A stretch of DNA of 51,734 nucleotides, from positions 1-51,734 of the forward strand of contig JAQGDQ010001255.1 in NCBI GenBank assembly GCA_030141605.1, written 5' to 3'. This document shows, in pieces, positions 14,701-29,700 of this stretch. The position numbers and the translations under genes were made by a program. The stretch is from Tubiluchus corallicola. Lineage: Eukaryota > Animalia > Priapulida. A model generated the notes under the pieces. The model worked only from the letters and a program-made list of their open reading frames with translations. It did no database searches and was not told where the DNA came from. Each line of letters opens with the position of its first letter. Positions within the stretch are counted from its first letter, which is position 1.

Positions 14701-17700
14701 TTTTCCATGATACTCAAAGCCAGTTAAGTAGGTTTTCGTTTCCATGGTTGTTGGACTACATCGTCACAATGGTACTCAAAACTAGTTGCTAAATAGGTTT
14801 TCGTTTCCATGGTACTCAAAGCTAGTTGCTAAGTAGGTTTTCTTTTCCATGGTATTCAAAGCTAGTTAAGTAGGTTTTTTCCATGGTACTCAAAGCTAGT
14901 TGCTAAGTAGGTTTTCTTTTCCATGGTACTCAAAGCCAGTTAAGTAGGTTTTCTTTTCCATGGTACTCAAAGCTAATTGCTAAATAGGTTTTCTTTTCCA
15001 TGGTACTCAAAGCTAATTGCTAAATAGGTTTTCTTTTCCATGGTACTCAAAACTAGTTGCTAAATAGGTTTTCTTTTCCATGGTACTCAAAACTAGTTGC
15101 TAAATAGGTTTTCGTTTCCATGGTACTCAAAACTAGTTGCTAAATAGGTTTTCTTTTCCATGGTGCTCAAAACTAGTTGCTAAATAGGTTTTCTTTTCCA
15201 TGGTACTCAAAACTAGTTGCTAAGTAGGTTTTCTTTTCCACGGTACTCAAAGCTAGTTAAGTAGGTTTTTTCCATGGTACTCAAAGCTAGTTGCTAAGTA
15301 GGTTTTCTTTTCCATGGTACTCAAAGCCAGTTAAGTAGGTTTTCTTTTCCATGGTACTCAAAGCTAATTGCTAAATAGGTTTTCGTTTCCATGGTACTCA
15401 AAGCTAGTTGCTAAGTAGATTTTCTTTTCCATGGTACTCAAAGCTAGTTGCTAAGTAGGTTTTCTTTTCCATGGTACTCAAAGCTAGTTGCTAAGTAGGT
15501 TTTCTTTTCCATGGTACTCAAAGCCAGTTAAGTAGGTTTTCTTTTCCATGGTACTCAAAGCTAATTGCTAAATAGGTTTTCGTTTCCATGGTACTCAAAG
15601 CTAATTGCTAAATAGGTTTTCTTTTATATGGTACTCAAAGCTAATTGCTAAATGGGTTTTCTTTTCCATGGTACTCAAAACTAATTGCTAAATAGGTTTT
15701 CTTTTCCATGGTACTCAAAACTAGTTGCTAAATAGGTTTTCTTTTCCATGGTACTCAAAGCTAGTTGCTAAGTAGGTTTTCTTTTCCATGGTACTCAAAG
15801 CCAGTTAAGTAGGTTTTCTTTTCCATGGTACTCAAAGCTAATTGCTAAATAGGTTTTCTTTTCCATGGTACTCAAAGCTAATTGCTAAATAGGTTTTCTT
15901 TTCCATGGTACTCAAAACTAGTTGCTAAATAGGTTTTCTTTTCCATGGTACTCAAAACTAGTTGCTAAATAGGTTTTCGTTTCCATGGTACTCAAAACTA
16001 GTTGCTAAATAGGTTTTCTTTTCCATGGTGCTCAAAACTAGTTGCTAAATAGGTTTTCTTTTCCATGGTACTCAAAACTAGTTGCTAAGTAGGTTTTCTT
16101 TTCCACGGTACTCAAAGCTAGTTAAGTAGGTTTTTTCCATGGTACTCAAAGCTAGTTGCTAAGTAGGTTTTCTTTTCCATGGTACTCAAAGCCAGTTAAG
16201 TAGGTTTTCTTTTCCATGGTACTCAAAGCTAATTGCTAAATAGGTTTTCGTTTCCATGGTACTCAAAGCTAGTTGCTAAGTAGATTTTCTTTTCCATGGT
16301 ACTCAAAGCTAGTTGCTAAGTAGGTTTTCTTTTCCATGGTACTCAAAGCTAGTTGCTAAGTAGGTTTTCTTTTCCATGGTACTCAAAGCCAGTTAAGTAG
16401 GTTTTCTTTTCCATGGTACTCAAAGCTAATTGCTAAATAGGTTTTCGTTTCCATGGTACTCAAAGCTAGTTGCTAAGTAGATTTTCTTTTCCATGGTACT
16501 CAAAGCTAATTGCTAAATAGGTTTTCTTTTCCATGGTACATAAAGCTAATTGCTAAATGGGTTTTCTTTTCCATGGTACTCAAAACTAATTGCTAAATAG
16601 GTTTTCTTTTCCATGGTACTCAAAACTAGTTGCTAAATAGGTTTTCTTTTCCATGGTACTCAAAACTAGTTGCTAAGTAGGTTTTCTTTTCCATGGTACT
16701 CAAAGCCAGTTAAGTAGGTTTTCTTTTCCATGGTACTCAAAGCTAATTGCTAAATAGGTTTTCGTTTCCATGGTACTCAAAGCTAGTTGCTAAGTAGATT
16801 TTCTTTTCCATGGTACTCAAAGCTAGTTGCTAAGTAGGTTTTCTTTTCCATGGTACTCAAAGCTAGTTCCTAAGTAGGTTTTCTTTTCCATGGTACTCAA
16901 AGCCAGTTAAGTAGGTTTTCTTTTCCATGGTACTCAAAGCTAATTGCTAAATAGGTTTTCGTTTCCATGGTACTCAAAGCTAGTTGCTAAGTAGATTTTC
17001 TTTTCCATGGTACTCAAAGCTAATTGCTAAATAGGTTTTCTTTTCCATGGTACTCAAAGCTAATTGCTAAATGGGTTTTCTTTTCCATGGTACTGAAAAC
17101 TAATTGCTAAATAGGTTTTCTTTTCCATGGTATTCAAAACTAGTTGCTAAATAGGTTTTCTTTTCCATGGTACTCAAAACTAGTTGCTAAGTAGGTTTTC
17201 TTTTCCATGGTACTCAAAGCCCTTTAAGAAAATGAAATAGTGATAAGATAAAAGAACAAGTGTTCATTATTATAACCTTAATATCAAGATTATTATTACT
17301 GGTAGTGCAAACTCACAATTAATCAAAATGTAAAAACTTAACCCAATTAATTAATTAGATTCCCCCTAATGTGAGTGATTTAACATTAGAAATTGCTGAA
17401 TTTGGTTGACAATCTGGTTTTGATGAACTTTGAACTGCCTTGTCAACCGGGGAATACGGTCGCCTAGCGGTCTATGCCATTTGCCTGTTCCCTGGTTCGA
17501 ATCCAGACTGCTTCCTAACTTACTCACATTTCCTGTCTTTTAAGTTTTTTTTTATCAAATTACAGTTAATTGCAGACTTGTTCGATTATTAACAAGGTCT
17601 TTTTGTGCCTAAAAAGGTGTCTTGTTAAATAAATATATAAAATGTGAAAATATTACTAAGTATATTAATAATATTACTTAGCAGTATCTCTGGATAAACA

Positions 17701-20700
17701 GTCAAATGCAGCAGTCTCTTTGTGCACAATCCAAATCTACACAGTGCACAAGCCTCGAAGTTTCTTATTCTCTTGTGCAAATGTCATTTAATTGACGATT
17801 GACAACCATAATTTTGTCCTCTCGTTTTGTAAAACTTTGTCAAATAATTATTTCAATTCTTCAGACTGTTGTTAGGTTTGCCGGAAATAGAGTTATCAGC
17901 CGATCCAAATGCAGCACCTTCCATTTTACAAAGACTGGACAAAGATGGATCTTTACTGCAGGGACCTCCGGGATATCAGGTATTTAAAAGAACCAATTGC
18001 CTGAGTATTTAACTTACGTATCATGAAAATACCATGAATTAAACGATGCAATAACTCAGTACCACAATGACTCAGTACCACAATGACTCTGTACTACAAT
18101 GACTGAGTACGACAACGACTGAGTACCACAATGACTGAGTACCACAATAACTCAGGATCACAATGACTCAGTACCACAGTGACTCAGTACCACAGTGACT
18201 CAGTACCACAATGACTCAGTACCACAATGACTCAGTATCAACAAGAACTCAGTACCACAATGACTCAGTATCACAATGACTCAGTACCACATTGACTGAG
18301 TACCACAGTGACTCAGTACCACAATGACTCAACACCACAACGACTCAGAACCACAACGACTTAGTACCACAATGACTCAGTACCACAATGATTCAGTGCT
18401 ACAATAAACTATTGAAAAGATCATGGAAAACGAGATTTTCAGCTAGTTACCTTGATTTTAATTTTGGATAAGTGAAAGTAACTCCATACAGTGGCCATCA
18501 CGAAACAAGTTTTATCTTTTCCGGAAGGTTTGCAATTTTATTGGAAATAAATACCCGCTTTTCTTATTATACATCATAAGCTGCAGGAAAATGTGTCCGC
18601 ATTTGTTTTTCAAATTTCTCGTACAGTTACGTCAGTTAAATACAGTAATGCCTTTTCACATGATAACTTAATAAGAAAGTAACGTTCTAGTAAAACTCAA
18701 GTTGCCTAGAAGTAGATTTGCTTTATTTCTGTGCCAATTTTTTGTCTCAGGGTATTAAGCAAACCTAATGAACCGGAATCCCCTCAGAAATGTGCTACAC
18801 AGATAAATCAGCTATACTACTTCACTGCTTTTGATGTCCATATACTGCTTAGCAATGATTAGATTTTTTATAAGCTGCATTGAATTTTTTTCTGCAGGTG
18901 AAATACGTTGTCGATCCTCGTTATATGAAAGCCGGTGAAACTCGACTGTTTGTGCGTCATCTTTGTTCGCAGACACTTCACATCGATGTCTGGGACGGTG
19001 ACAGCTTGCTTCTCATTGGCTCTTGTGCAGTGGAACTCAAACATTTGTGTAGACAGGGCAGATTGGCTGTTCAGGTAATTTGAAAATTATTAGCCTCTGG
19101 CAGGCCAAATACATTACACAGAATTATTGGAAGGGAAGAAAAGTGTTTTTTAATGCAAGTTTTAGAAAAAAAGAGGTTCAAAAACTACATTGGTTAATAT
19201 AAATCTTTCGAACATATATTACTTGTGTTAACAAACATTTCCATTTGTTTTTGTTTTGAAATTACGTGTAAAACTACTGCATGTGCATCATTATATTACA
19301 GTGGAGTAGTTTTGCAGTGGTATAGTGAACAGCGGAGTAGTGTTAAAGCAGAACAGTGAACAGCGGAGTAGTGTTAAAGCAGAACAGTGAACAGTGGAGT
19401 AGTGTAACAGTATAATAGTCAACAGTGGAGTAGTGTAACAGTACAGTAGTGAACAGTGGAGTAGTGTTACAGTGCAACAGTGAGCAGTGGAGTACTGTTA
19501 CAGTGCAATAGTGAACAGTGGAGTAGTGTTACAGTACAGTAGTGAACAGTGGAGTAGTGTTACAGTACAGTAGTGAACAGTGGAGTAGTGTTACAGTACA
19601 GTAGTGAACAGTAAAGTAGTGTTACAGTACAGTAGTGAACAGTGGAGTAGTGTTATAGTACAGTAGTGAACAGTGGAATAGTGTTACAGTACAGTAGTGA
19701 AAAGTGGAGTAGTGTTACAGTGCAACAGTGAGCAGTGGAGTAGTGTTACAGTGCAATAGTGAACAGTGGAGTAGTGTTACAGTGCAATAGTGAACAGTGG
19801 AGTAATGTTACAGTGCAGTAGTGAACAGTGGAGTAGTGTTACAGTACAGTAGTGAACAGTGGAGTAGTGTTACAGTACAGTAGTGAACAGTGGAGTAGTG
19901 TTACAGTGCAGTAGTGAACAGTGGAGCAGTGTTACAGTACAGTAGTGAACAGTGGAGTAGTGTTACAGTACAGTAGTACTGAACAGTGGGGTAGTGTTAT
20001 AGTGCAGTAGTGAACAGTGGAGTAATGTTACAGTGCAGTAGTGAACAGTGGAGTAGTGTTACAGTACAGTAGTGAACAGTGGAGTAGTGTTACAGTACAG
20101 TAGTGAACAGTGGAGTAGTGTTACAGTGCAGTAGTGAACAGTGGAGCAGTGTTACAGTACAGTAGTGAACAGTGGAGTAGTGTTACAGTACAGTAGTACT
20201 GAACAGTGGGGTAGTGTTATAGTGCAGTAGTGAACAGTGGAGTAATGTTACAGTGCAGTAGTGAACAGTGGAGTAGTGTTATAGTACAGTAGTGAACAGT
20301 GGAATAGTGTTACAGTACAGTAGTGAAAAGTGGAGTAGTGTTACAGTGCAACAGTGAACAGTGGAGTAGCGTTACAGTGCAATAGTGAATAGTGGAGTAG
20401 TGATACAGTGCAACAGTGAACAGTGGAGTAGCGTTACAGTGCAACAGTGAGTAACAGTGAACAGTGGAGTAGTGTTACGGTGCAACAGTGAACAGTGGAG
20501 CAGTGTTACAGTGCAGTAGTGAACAGTGGAGTAGTGTTACAGTGCAGTAGTGAACAGTGGAGTAGTGTTACAGTACAGTAGTGAACAGTGGAGTAGTGTT
20601 ACGGTGCAACAGTGAACAGTGGAGTAGCGTTACAGTGCAATAGTGAATAGTGGAGTAGTGATACAGTGCAACAGTGAACAGTGGAGTAGCGTTACAGTGC

Positions 20701-23700
20701 AACAGTGAGTAACAGTGAACAGTGGAGTACTGTTACGGTGCAATATATATTTATTTTCTTACTATAAATTATTCTATTAAGAACCATCATCACTTAATAT
20801 TAGTGACCGTCTTTCTCGTTTGCTGAAATACAATTAAATTTCAAGCTTCTCACTATGTTAAAGCTGTTTATTCTCAGCTCACAAAAGTTACGTAAGAATG
20901 TCTTCTTATCCTTCCAGGTATCTCATGAGGTAGACGTGGTCACAACGGAGTATGCCGAGGACCTGGGAGGCCTCGTGGGTGACCTCACCCGCACGGGCAG
21001 CGTTCGTCCGGTGGGGTCAAATACGGTCGTAAAAGGTCGCCTGCATTTACGGCTTGCTAATGTAGGTCATCCGGTGGATCTCAGAAGCTTGAGTTTAGCT
21101 GAAAATCAGGAAGCCATGAGAGTCATACGACCACCTGCTGATGGACAGCATCAAGGTGTTGAGAACTTTAAAAAACGAAAGAATGTAAGCCTGATGGAAG
21201 AATGTATATCTTATATTTATCAAACTTTTGCAGTAATTTGGTAAAATTAATTAAAACAGTAACGGCTACAAAATGACTGTGTAACTAGAATAATTTTTAT
21301 GCAAAATCGTGAAACTATTGCAGTATGCAACAGTATTTCAATAAGTAACTGCAATTTACAATTTAATAAAAGTAAAGAGTAAGCTTATAGACTCATATGT
21401 CTTTAATTTATGAGTTAACCATTATCGATTTTTGCTACTGGAATGCAACTGAATGGAATTTTATACTACTTCCTGTGAAAAACATGGCTTCATTTAACCA
21501 TGTTTCGCTGGGACACCTTAAAGTGTTTTTGATTTTTAGTTTTCGTGCATGTTATGATGCATTTACTCAATGTTACAAACAAGTGCACAGGATCGTATTA
21601 ATTTTATTGTGTACATCTAGCAGCATAGACATAGGACCACAAATAGTGCAATTACATGCAACACTTTTTCAACTCGCCCCTAGGCATCAGACAAAAATCA
21701 CTCAGTTACCATAGCAACGCCAACTTTACCAACAACCAGTCTGCACTGTTTTATTACAAGCTACAGCAGGACAATGCACAAGTCTGTGTGTTGTCACAGT
21801 GGCAACCTCTTGTTTGGACTAAGCTGTGGTTTGCCTCTGTATGAAATTGTACGATTTTTTTTTTACAAATATCGTTATGCACAAAACAATCCATGTTCAA
21901 GATTTACATAAACAACAAATTCTGATTGGATATTTCTTTAGCTATTGGAGCATATTGGCTGTTTTTATTCAAATATTCAGATAATTTAACTGTTTGAGAA
22001 AAATTCGTCAACACGCCGTGAAAAATGCTTCATTTAAGATTCAAAACAGGATAAAATATGCACTTAAAACACACAAATTCGGGCAAAAGATCTTGGCATA
22101 AAAATGTGATCATTACAAAACTTTAGAACCCGTATTAACTGATCCGTTGACTGTTTTTACTTGCATTTAATGATTGCAACAAAATTAATGAACATTGTGT
22201 AAAAAGTGAAATTTCTCAATGGCCCCAAGTTAGTCAGGTACAACAATGAAACTTGTAATTTCACTGTTTGCAGTCGCTTTCCAAAATGTACGTAAAACGT
22301 TAATTTTCTGCAAATAGTGATAAATGTGTGAGAGTAATTTATGTAGAAAGTGACCTTTTAAGTTAAATAGTTGAACATCACAATCTGGCCACAGTAACTG
22401 ACTGTGTATTTTATTTCTGTCTTTAACAACGTCAGGTTTCTCATGCTCGACCTTTGACCGAGGTCAACCGCGAGTTGTCCACTGTGCTGTCGCTACAGAG
22501 AGATCCGACCAATGTCGCTGAAGAGTCCTGGAGCGGGAACGTGGAGAGGAAACGCAAGCTGGCTCGAATGATAGCCGTACGGGAAGCGGAAACCGGAGAA
22601 CAAATTCATCCCAGTTTGGTACAAAATTGTTTCACTTTACTATTATATAAATTCAGTGAAAATAGTTTAAATTATTTTATAGAATATGTTGTGTATAATA
22701 CTTGTGTACAATTTCATTTTGGTTGTGGTTTTTGTATACAAATTTCTAAAAACAAAGCCAATCAAGGTTATATTGAAAACATGAAGTTGTGAATCCTGGA
22801 TGTTACAATATTTTTGCTTAGAATACATTTCTAGAGAACAAAATTCATGTAAGTAAATTATTAGTAATAGACGATATCTGTTGATATTCTTTTTGCATTA
22901 AGTGAGGGGGGGAGTACAGTCAACCTCGAGTATAAGGTACTCCCTTATAAGGGACCACCAACACCGGTCCCGATTTTTTGTATAAAAATCTTCATATAAA
23001 AGGTACTCGGATATAAGAGACTTTCGGTTATAAGGGACGATATCTTCAGGTCCCGCATAAAAGAAACCCAGGTAAATTACCTCACATATAAGGGAGCCTA
23101 TGATGAAAGTGAAATTGATCGATTTTTAAAATCAATTTTTCCCAAACAGCCTTCGAACAGCTCGGTTACCACTGTCACATACATCTCGCATCACTGAAGG
23201 AGCTTCCTACATATCGTTTGCAATGAATGTGTAGCAATAATCCATAAAAATATACGTAAAAGTACAGGTCTAGATACAACCTCGGTCTGACTCAACTTCG
23301 GCTATAAGGGACATCAGATATATGGGACGATTTTTTTCGGTCCGGAGGAGTCCCTTATATTCGAGGTTGACTGTATTTTCGGGGAAGCAATTTTCTAGTA
23401 AGAAATTCCACAGATAGCAGCTCAAGGAAAAGCACTGGATATTATAGGCTGTTGTTGTACAGTTAATAAGCCCATGAACAATAGGAGAAAAAACGAATAC
23501 TTTGTACTGTATCTGTCTTTCTACTATATCTAGCGAGTATGGAGTACCAAGAATACTGATATTTCGCCTTTCTATTGTTTTTTATATAGTTTGCTCTCCG
23601 TAAGCTGCGATCTAGAACTCGGCAGCAGGACCAGAACGTATATCATTATCAGGAATAATTCGTTAAGTTGAGACACTGAAGTGATGCCAATTTAGAAAAT

Positions 23701-26700
23701 GAACTTGGCTTGTACATAATCTTACATGTTTATGCCAAGCTTATATTTCTTCTCGGTGTCTTTTTATGCGAAAATTTGGATCAATTTTATTTTAATAGTG
23801 TTCTTAATTATTCACAATCTTAAATTCAAGATTGTAATTAATCTACAATTATTAAATTCTGGAAACAAACTTATCCTGAAGGAAGGAACTGTAAAAAGGT
23901 CGAGATATTGGTTGATAGCAATAACGCTTGAATTGGGACCTGTCGAGATTGATGGGCCAGAAAAATTTAATGGTCTTGATGTTGATCTTGTAACTGAAAC
24001 TTCCCTGGTTCAATTCCAGGTTCTGTCCTAGACATTTCACATTTCCTTTTTTGTACAAGTTTGCTTTCAAAATTCAGCAATGTGGGGTTGTTCCATCACA
24101 CACTAAACTATAATGTATCAGTGTATTAATACTTCCTAGATTCCATTCTGCTGCTATAAATCTCATATCTGTTATTGCCTCATTTGCTTGGAATTTGTTT
24201 TTCAGAATTTGTACTTTTTGACGATTAGGCAGTTCTCTTGTTTTCGACACTGCTGTCTTGATCTTATCAACTAGACTGTACCCGTTGTTTTTTCCAGGTG
24301 GCGCGACAAGCGAAGGTACAGAGGTCACGTGACCTACACACTATTGGTGTCTACCGCGAGCGTACGAAACACGACGGGATACTGAATATACTTTCGCAGT
24401 CGATTACCACGAAGCACACAGTGTATGCCATGTTGGGACACGTAGAGTTTTTTGAATTTGTGTTGAAAAATCCGTACAATGTTGAGCACACGGTTACCAT
24501 AGAAATTAATGACAATGATCTGAGGTATACTTAAAATAGTTTATGTCTGCTTCTCTTTGAACTGTAAAATTTTTGCCAGAAGCTTTTTGCTTTGAACGTA
24601 TTTACTAAATTTAAGTATATTTCCTTTTAATAAGCTGCTGCTTGCTGCAGTCACTCATAAACATTTTTTTATTACTTAAAGGAAAACCGGATGAATGTGT
24701 AAATATTAGTTCAGAATAAAGAATGCTCTAAAATATTGAAAACTACAATAACGTTTTTTTAAATCAAAGGTTAGATTAAATAATAACTGCCTCGGATACT
24801 CAAATTTTATTAAACTTTCAAAAGCTACGCTCAGCTCAGTGAACCTACCAAGATTTGTAACGACGCCTTTTTTCACATTCGCGTGGCCGACAAATAGAAG
24901 GCGGTACTGTGATAACCATGATCATGAACGGCTGTGTTAGTTTCATGACGTCATATGACGTAAACCTCATTTTTCATGACATCATGCATTTAAACAGTAC
25001 TGTAACGCTTACGCAAATGTGCTTGACGCGCAAGGGAAGACGCCTGTCATTGCACAAACTGTGGTTAGTTTCTGACTTAAGCAATAGCTGTGTTCGGTTG
25101 CCGTTAATTAACTTTCTATGCTAATTATTCAAATGTAAGAAACAATTGCTAGCTTTTATAGGCAAGAAGATGTGTATTTTGGACAGTAAATTAAAATGAA
25201 ATTAAGTCTAAGCAATAATCCGGTTTTCCTTTAATGACTGTTCAAATGTGTAGTTGAGTTAAACTTAGACATTGTTTTAATAATTAAGTTTTTTAATTTA
25301 TTCAGAACTTGCTTTATTCGATTAAATTTTTGCTCAGTTTTAATGAGAATTGCCGTAATAAACTGAGGAAATAGATTACATCTTTGTTTTAATGGTCACT
25401 CCGATGTTGTTCTTCATGGAAAGGATTGAACAATGTTGATCAGTTTATTTTCATCGTACTTGTAATCTATTCAATTGTAAATGAAAGGGTAAAAATTAAG
25501 TAAATAGAAAAAATGACCTAGCCTGAACAAAGTAATTATATGACAAGCAAATCCGTTTTTGAGAATTTAAAATTTGATTAAATTACCTTGAATAGTTCTA
25601 CAAATCACTTAGTCAGAACATTTGATGACTACTTTAAGAAAAGAATTGAACGATAGTCGTTCCAATAAAACGGGTCTTGTGAGCATTTCAGCGTGTTTTT
25701 TGCAAAACCAATACCGGCAATCTTTTCGACGAAATCCCAACACTAAAGGAGGCACCATCAGATGCGATGTGCCACTCTACTGCACAATACAACCCCAACA
25801 TGAACTGTTTAGATTGAAGTACTTTAAACTTGTTGACTTTTTGTTGAAATTCTTTTCATACGGTATAGATGAACTCCCATTAAGGGGGGTGGGGCTTTGC
25901 TGTAAATGAATGTCTGCTTGTAGTTGCTCATTTTTGTGTTTTTCACTAATCCACAAAGATATTAAACCACTGCATGAACTCGTTTTTTGACGTAGATGTA
26001 AGAAACGCATCAAAATTATCAATAACTGCCTTTACTGAGATAAATTTTGTCTACATCATTATCAATTTATCATGTTGATGAAGAAGCCATCAAGGAGCAT
26101 CTGCTTGTCTGTCCAATCAGACCTAATTGTTGNNTAGTGGGATGCTGAATGCAAGTACATTTACAGTGTTCTTTTACATCCAGGGCCGTGTCAAGACTCA
26201 ACAACGCCCTAGCCTGATAGGTCTGTCCCGTCCATCTCTATTGTGAATTTATAATTGCTTATGTACAGAACAGATTAAGCAATTACTTGTGGTGTATTAG
26301 TAATACTATTATCCTAGTTTCTAAATGGTCGTTATCAATAGTGTGTATATCAGCTGCACCATATGCAGCAGGCTGAGCAATTGTTTGTTGTGTAGTGCCT
26401 TGTACTTGTTTGTTATATGGCACTTATATAGCAAATGGTCTCCGTAACTGCCTGTGGTGTGTTATAAAATGCTTGTTTTACAAGAATATGAATGGATACA
26501 CATTTACCGAGGAGAATAAGAATAAGCCTAAAATGTGGCGACCCTCAAACTTTGGCGCTCTAGGTTATAGCCTAGTTAGCCTATTGTTTAATACGTCCCG
26601 ATTCATATCTGCATCTGACTTTACTGGCTTATCATTACAGTGTGTGTTTAAGCAGTTTATGTGTCAGCTGGTCTTTATACGTAATGCGAAAATTAAGTTC

Positions 26701-29700
26701 CAGTTAATTAATGTTGTTTTTTTTGTAGTGTGATAACGGATGCTAGAGAGTGGAGACATTACAAGCAACTATTTGATGTACACACTCCATTAGAAGAAAA
26801 CATGTTTAATTTAGATCCTCTCACCGGAGCATCTAGAATATTCCTTAAACCCAAGGAGACTGTTTATATTCCGTTCAAGTTTTTGTGTTTTCACGCAGAT
26901 GATACCGTTACTCCTCAGGTACATAAATCTTGAAATTTTACACATGGTTAACCCTTTCACTTCGGAAGGTGGCACACTGCCGCCTATGTTTTTCATGCAA
27001 GGGACGGAAGGCGGTAGACTGCCGCTCAAGCTCAGCACTAAGCGCAGTTACCCAGGTCTGTTTATTTCACTTCTACGGCCATGCAAGGACATTGTAGAAA
27101 AGTTTAACATCTGTGGGATTTGGGTTGCTTTGCAACAAGCAATGCTAACCAGCCAATCAGCATCTGAAGCCAGGTGCATTCCATAATACTATACTGTATA
27201 GTGTGTTCTCGTGCAAAGTTGCTTGTTGATAGTTGGTGAAACGTGTTTAGTCACTTGTTCTGCATTCTTATGAAATAATTGCGTATTATGGATTAGTAAT
27301 ATGACTTTTGTGAAAATTGGCTTCTAAATATAAGTATGTGCTTATTTGTGTGGGTGTGCACGGGCGTGCATGCGTGCATGAGTGCATATATGTATGCACA
27401 GATGTGTGTGTATGTGTATAAATAAAACTAATATTCTATATTATTGTTTAATAACAATTGGCTAGTTGTTTATGGACATGATTCTGTTTTAGTAACACTC
27501 TACAAGAAGTTGTTGTCAAAAGCTAATGCGGCCTAGTTAAAAAGCAACTACGTAGTGAAAGGGTTAAGACAGAATAAACATGTAATTGGGATCTTTTTGA
27601 AGCCTACCTCAAGTCCGAAGAAGCCACATTTACCATTTATATTCTTAGAATTACAGTTTGTAGGATCGTAGTCTTCAAAGTGTACCGAGGTCCAGAATGT
27701 GCACAAGTATATTTGAAGAAAAAAGTATGAGGAATGATACAGCGCGGCACCCAGCATCCAAATGACATTCTATACTGCTCTACTTAAGAATTTTAATTTC
27801 ATCCGTCTATCATCGTTACTGTCGTTAGTTCTTTGGTTTATTATTTCTATTTCTTTGTATTATCTTAGGCTCCTTCTGATCCATTCCGTCCAAGAAGAGC
27901 AGGTGATACAAGACAGAGGGATACGTCACATTCGAAGTCTGTTAAGGTATTCTGATAAGACCATATGTGTGCTTGCATAGCAAAATCGTCCATAAGTCGG
28001 CACATACCTTGAATCTCCATTTCATGGGGATTATTTTGATACTAAGTTCATCGCTCTATGTTATTTCTAAGCTGAGATAATCTACGATGAAGTTGAGATG
28101 CAGGCTGCACACTGAAAAACATAATCTTCGTTGAGAAAAAACGCTATTAAAGTTGGCCATTGTTTTTTGTCGCGTTTCTACAAAACACTTAGCAACTGTA
28201 TGAATGATTGGTTGCTATGGACTTTGCAAGAACATGTTGAAGTTATGTTTAAATCCAATAGATGGCTCTTCCTGACGAAGACCTGGGCTTGGAAACAGAG
28301 AAAACCTGAAGCAAAATTACTTCAACGAATTACTATCGAAGTTTAAAAACACAAGTCTTTTACAATTGCAGTACTAGTTTTTAGGCACAGAAATGGGTAC
28401 GGGATTATAAAATTAGATTCTTACTGTTAAACATTTTCTTGACAATTTGGTGCTAGAATAATAAAAGTTCAATATATTTAGCATTTGTTTTTACAACAAA
28501 CAAAAAATTGACATTTGACAAAATTTTTGGTGCATTCTACTTTGAAGCATCACAACGTAGTTCTAACTATGCCGACTCATGGATGGTTTTGACTTGCAAG
28601 CGCACATACGGAGATTTCTAGGTCCTTTTACGATCATTTAAAATGTGTCATTGTAAGAAAATAAGCACCCATCCATTTACTGGCTTTGCTGAGCAGCTCT
28701 GAATTACTTAGTTTAGCAGCAAGCTTTGAATGCTGCAAGCAAGCAAGAATGACTAGCCATTTTATTTGCTTTTAAAAGCCTATAGGATTAATTGCTGTTT
28801 TCCTCTTATGTTTTAATGCAGGAACTAGTGCAGACTCATTTAACAGGCATCCTTATTGAGTCATCTTACGTGAGTTTCGCCCCACCAATGGCTTCATCTG
28901 GGACTATAAGCAAATCAGATATAACATTATTCACCGAAACCCAGTTATATGAAAGTTACATGGGTTATGCATTGAGTATTAGGTATAAACGTTTCAAAAA
29001 ACTTACCCGAATTCTACAACATTTTCGGAAAAAGTTGATTATTTACAGAGAACTAATTTAAAAGTTTGCACTGTGATAGGAAGCCATAGCTTACTGTATA
29101 CAAGCCTGCATATGCACTGTGATAGGAAGCCATAGCTTACTGTATACAAGCCTGCATATGCACTGTGATAGGAAGCCATAGCTTACTGTATACAAACCTG
29201 CATATACACTGTGATGAAGCCTTTAGCAGCATGAAACATGTCTATTCTCTTTTAGTTTATGTATTTTACACATTTTTATGTCACCTCTTTGATGTCACCT
29301 CTTTCTGACGTTAACATCGCCTTTGTTTGCTTCTCAGTAAGTGCATTAACTAATCGTATGATGTTAATCTATTTAGGTGAATTTTGTCACTAAAGAAGGC
29401 AAGCAGCTTTCCATACTTGATGTGAGTATAGAGTACCAGCCACACGTAATCGATCAAACGTTTCGTTTTCATCATCCTGAGCACAGCTTCCTGAAGAAGA
29501 GCATCAGGTTGCCACCTTGGCATACTCTACCGGGTAACGTGTGTGTTCGTTCTGACTTGTTTCTTATTCAAGTACATGTCGCCGAAAGTGATTACGTTTT
29601 GCTAGGTCATTCATACTTAATTACACGATAATCTGTGTTTAGTAATGGTGAGCCTCAAATGTTTGAATTCAATTCAAACTAATTTTTTTAATTCTATATG

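Noticed and set aside
13921-17222. Regular repeats with one unique insert, superficially CRISPR-like
   Set aside because: Units are head-to-tail with no unique spacers, lie in a eukaryotic intron and have no cas genes; ordinary satellite.
17449-17516. tRNA gene
   Set aside because: A and B boxes are present but there is no complete cloverleaf or anticodon arm.
26133-26134. NN bases
   Set aside because: Assembly ambiguity, not biology; local continuity here is slightly uncertain.
21397-26733. Assorted 60-112 aa intronic ORFs in the ORF track other than the NPHP4 exons
   Set aside because: Mostly non-ATG starts, low-complexity AT-rich composition, no motifs; expected by chance.
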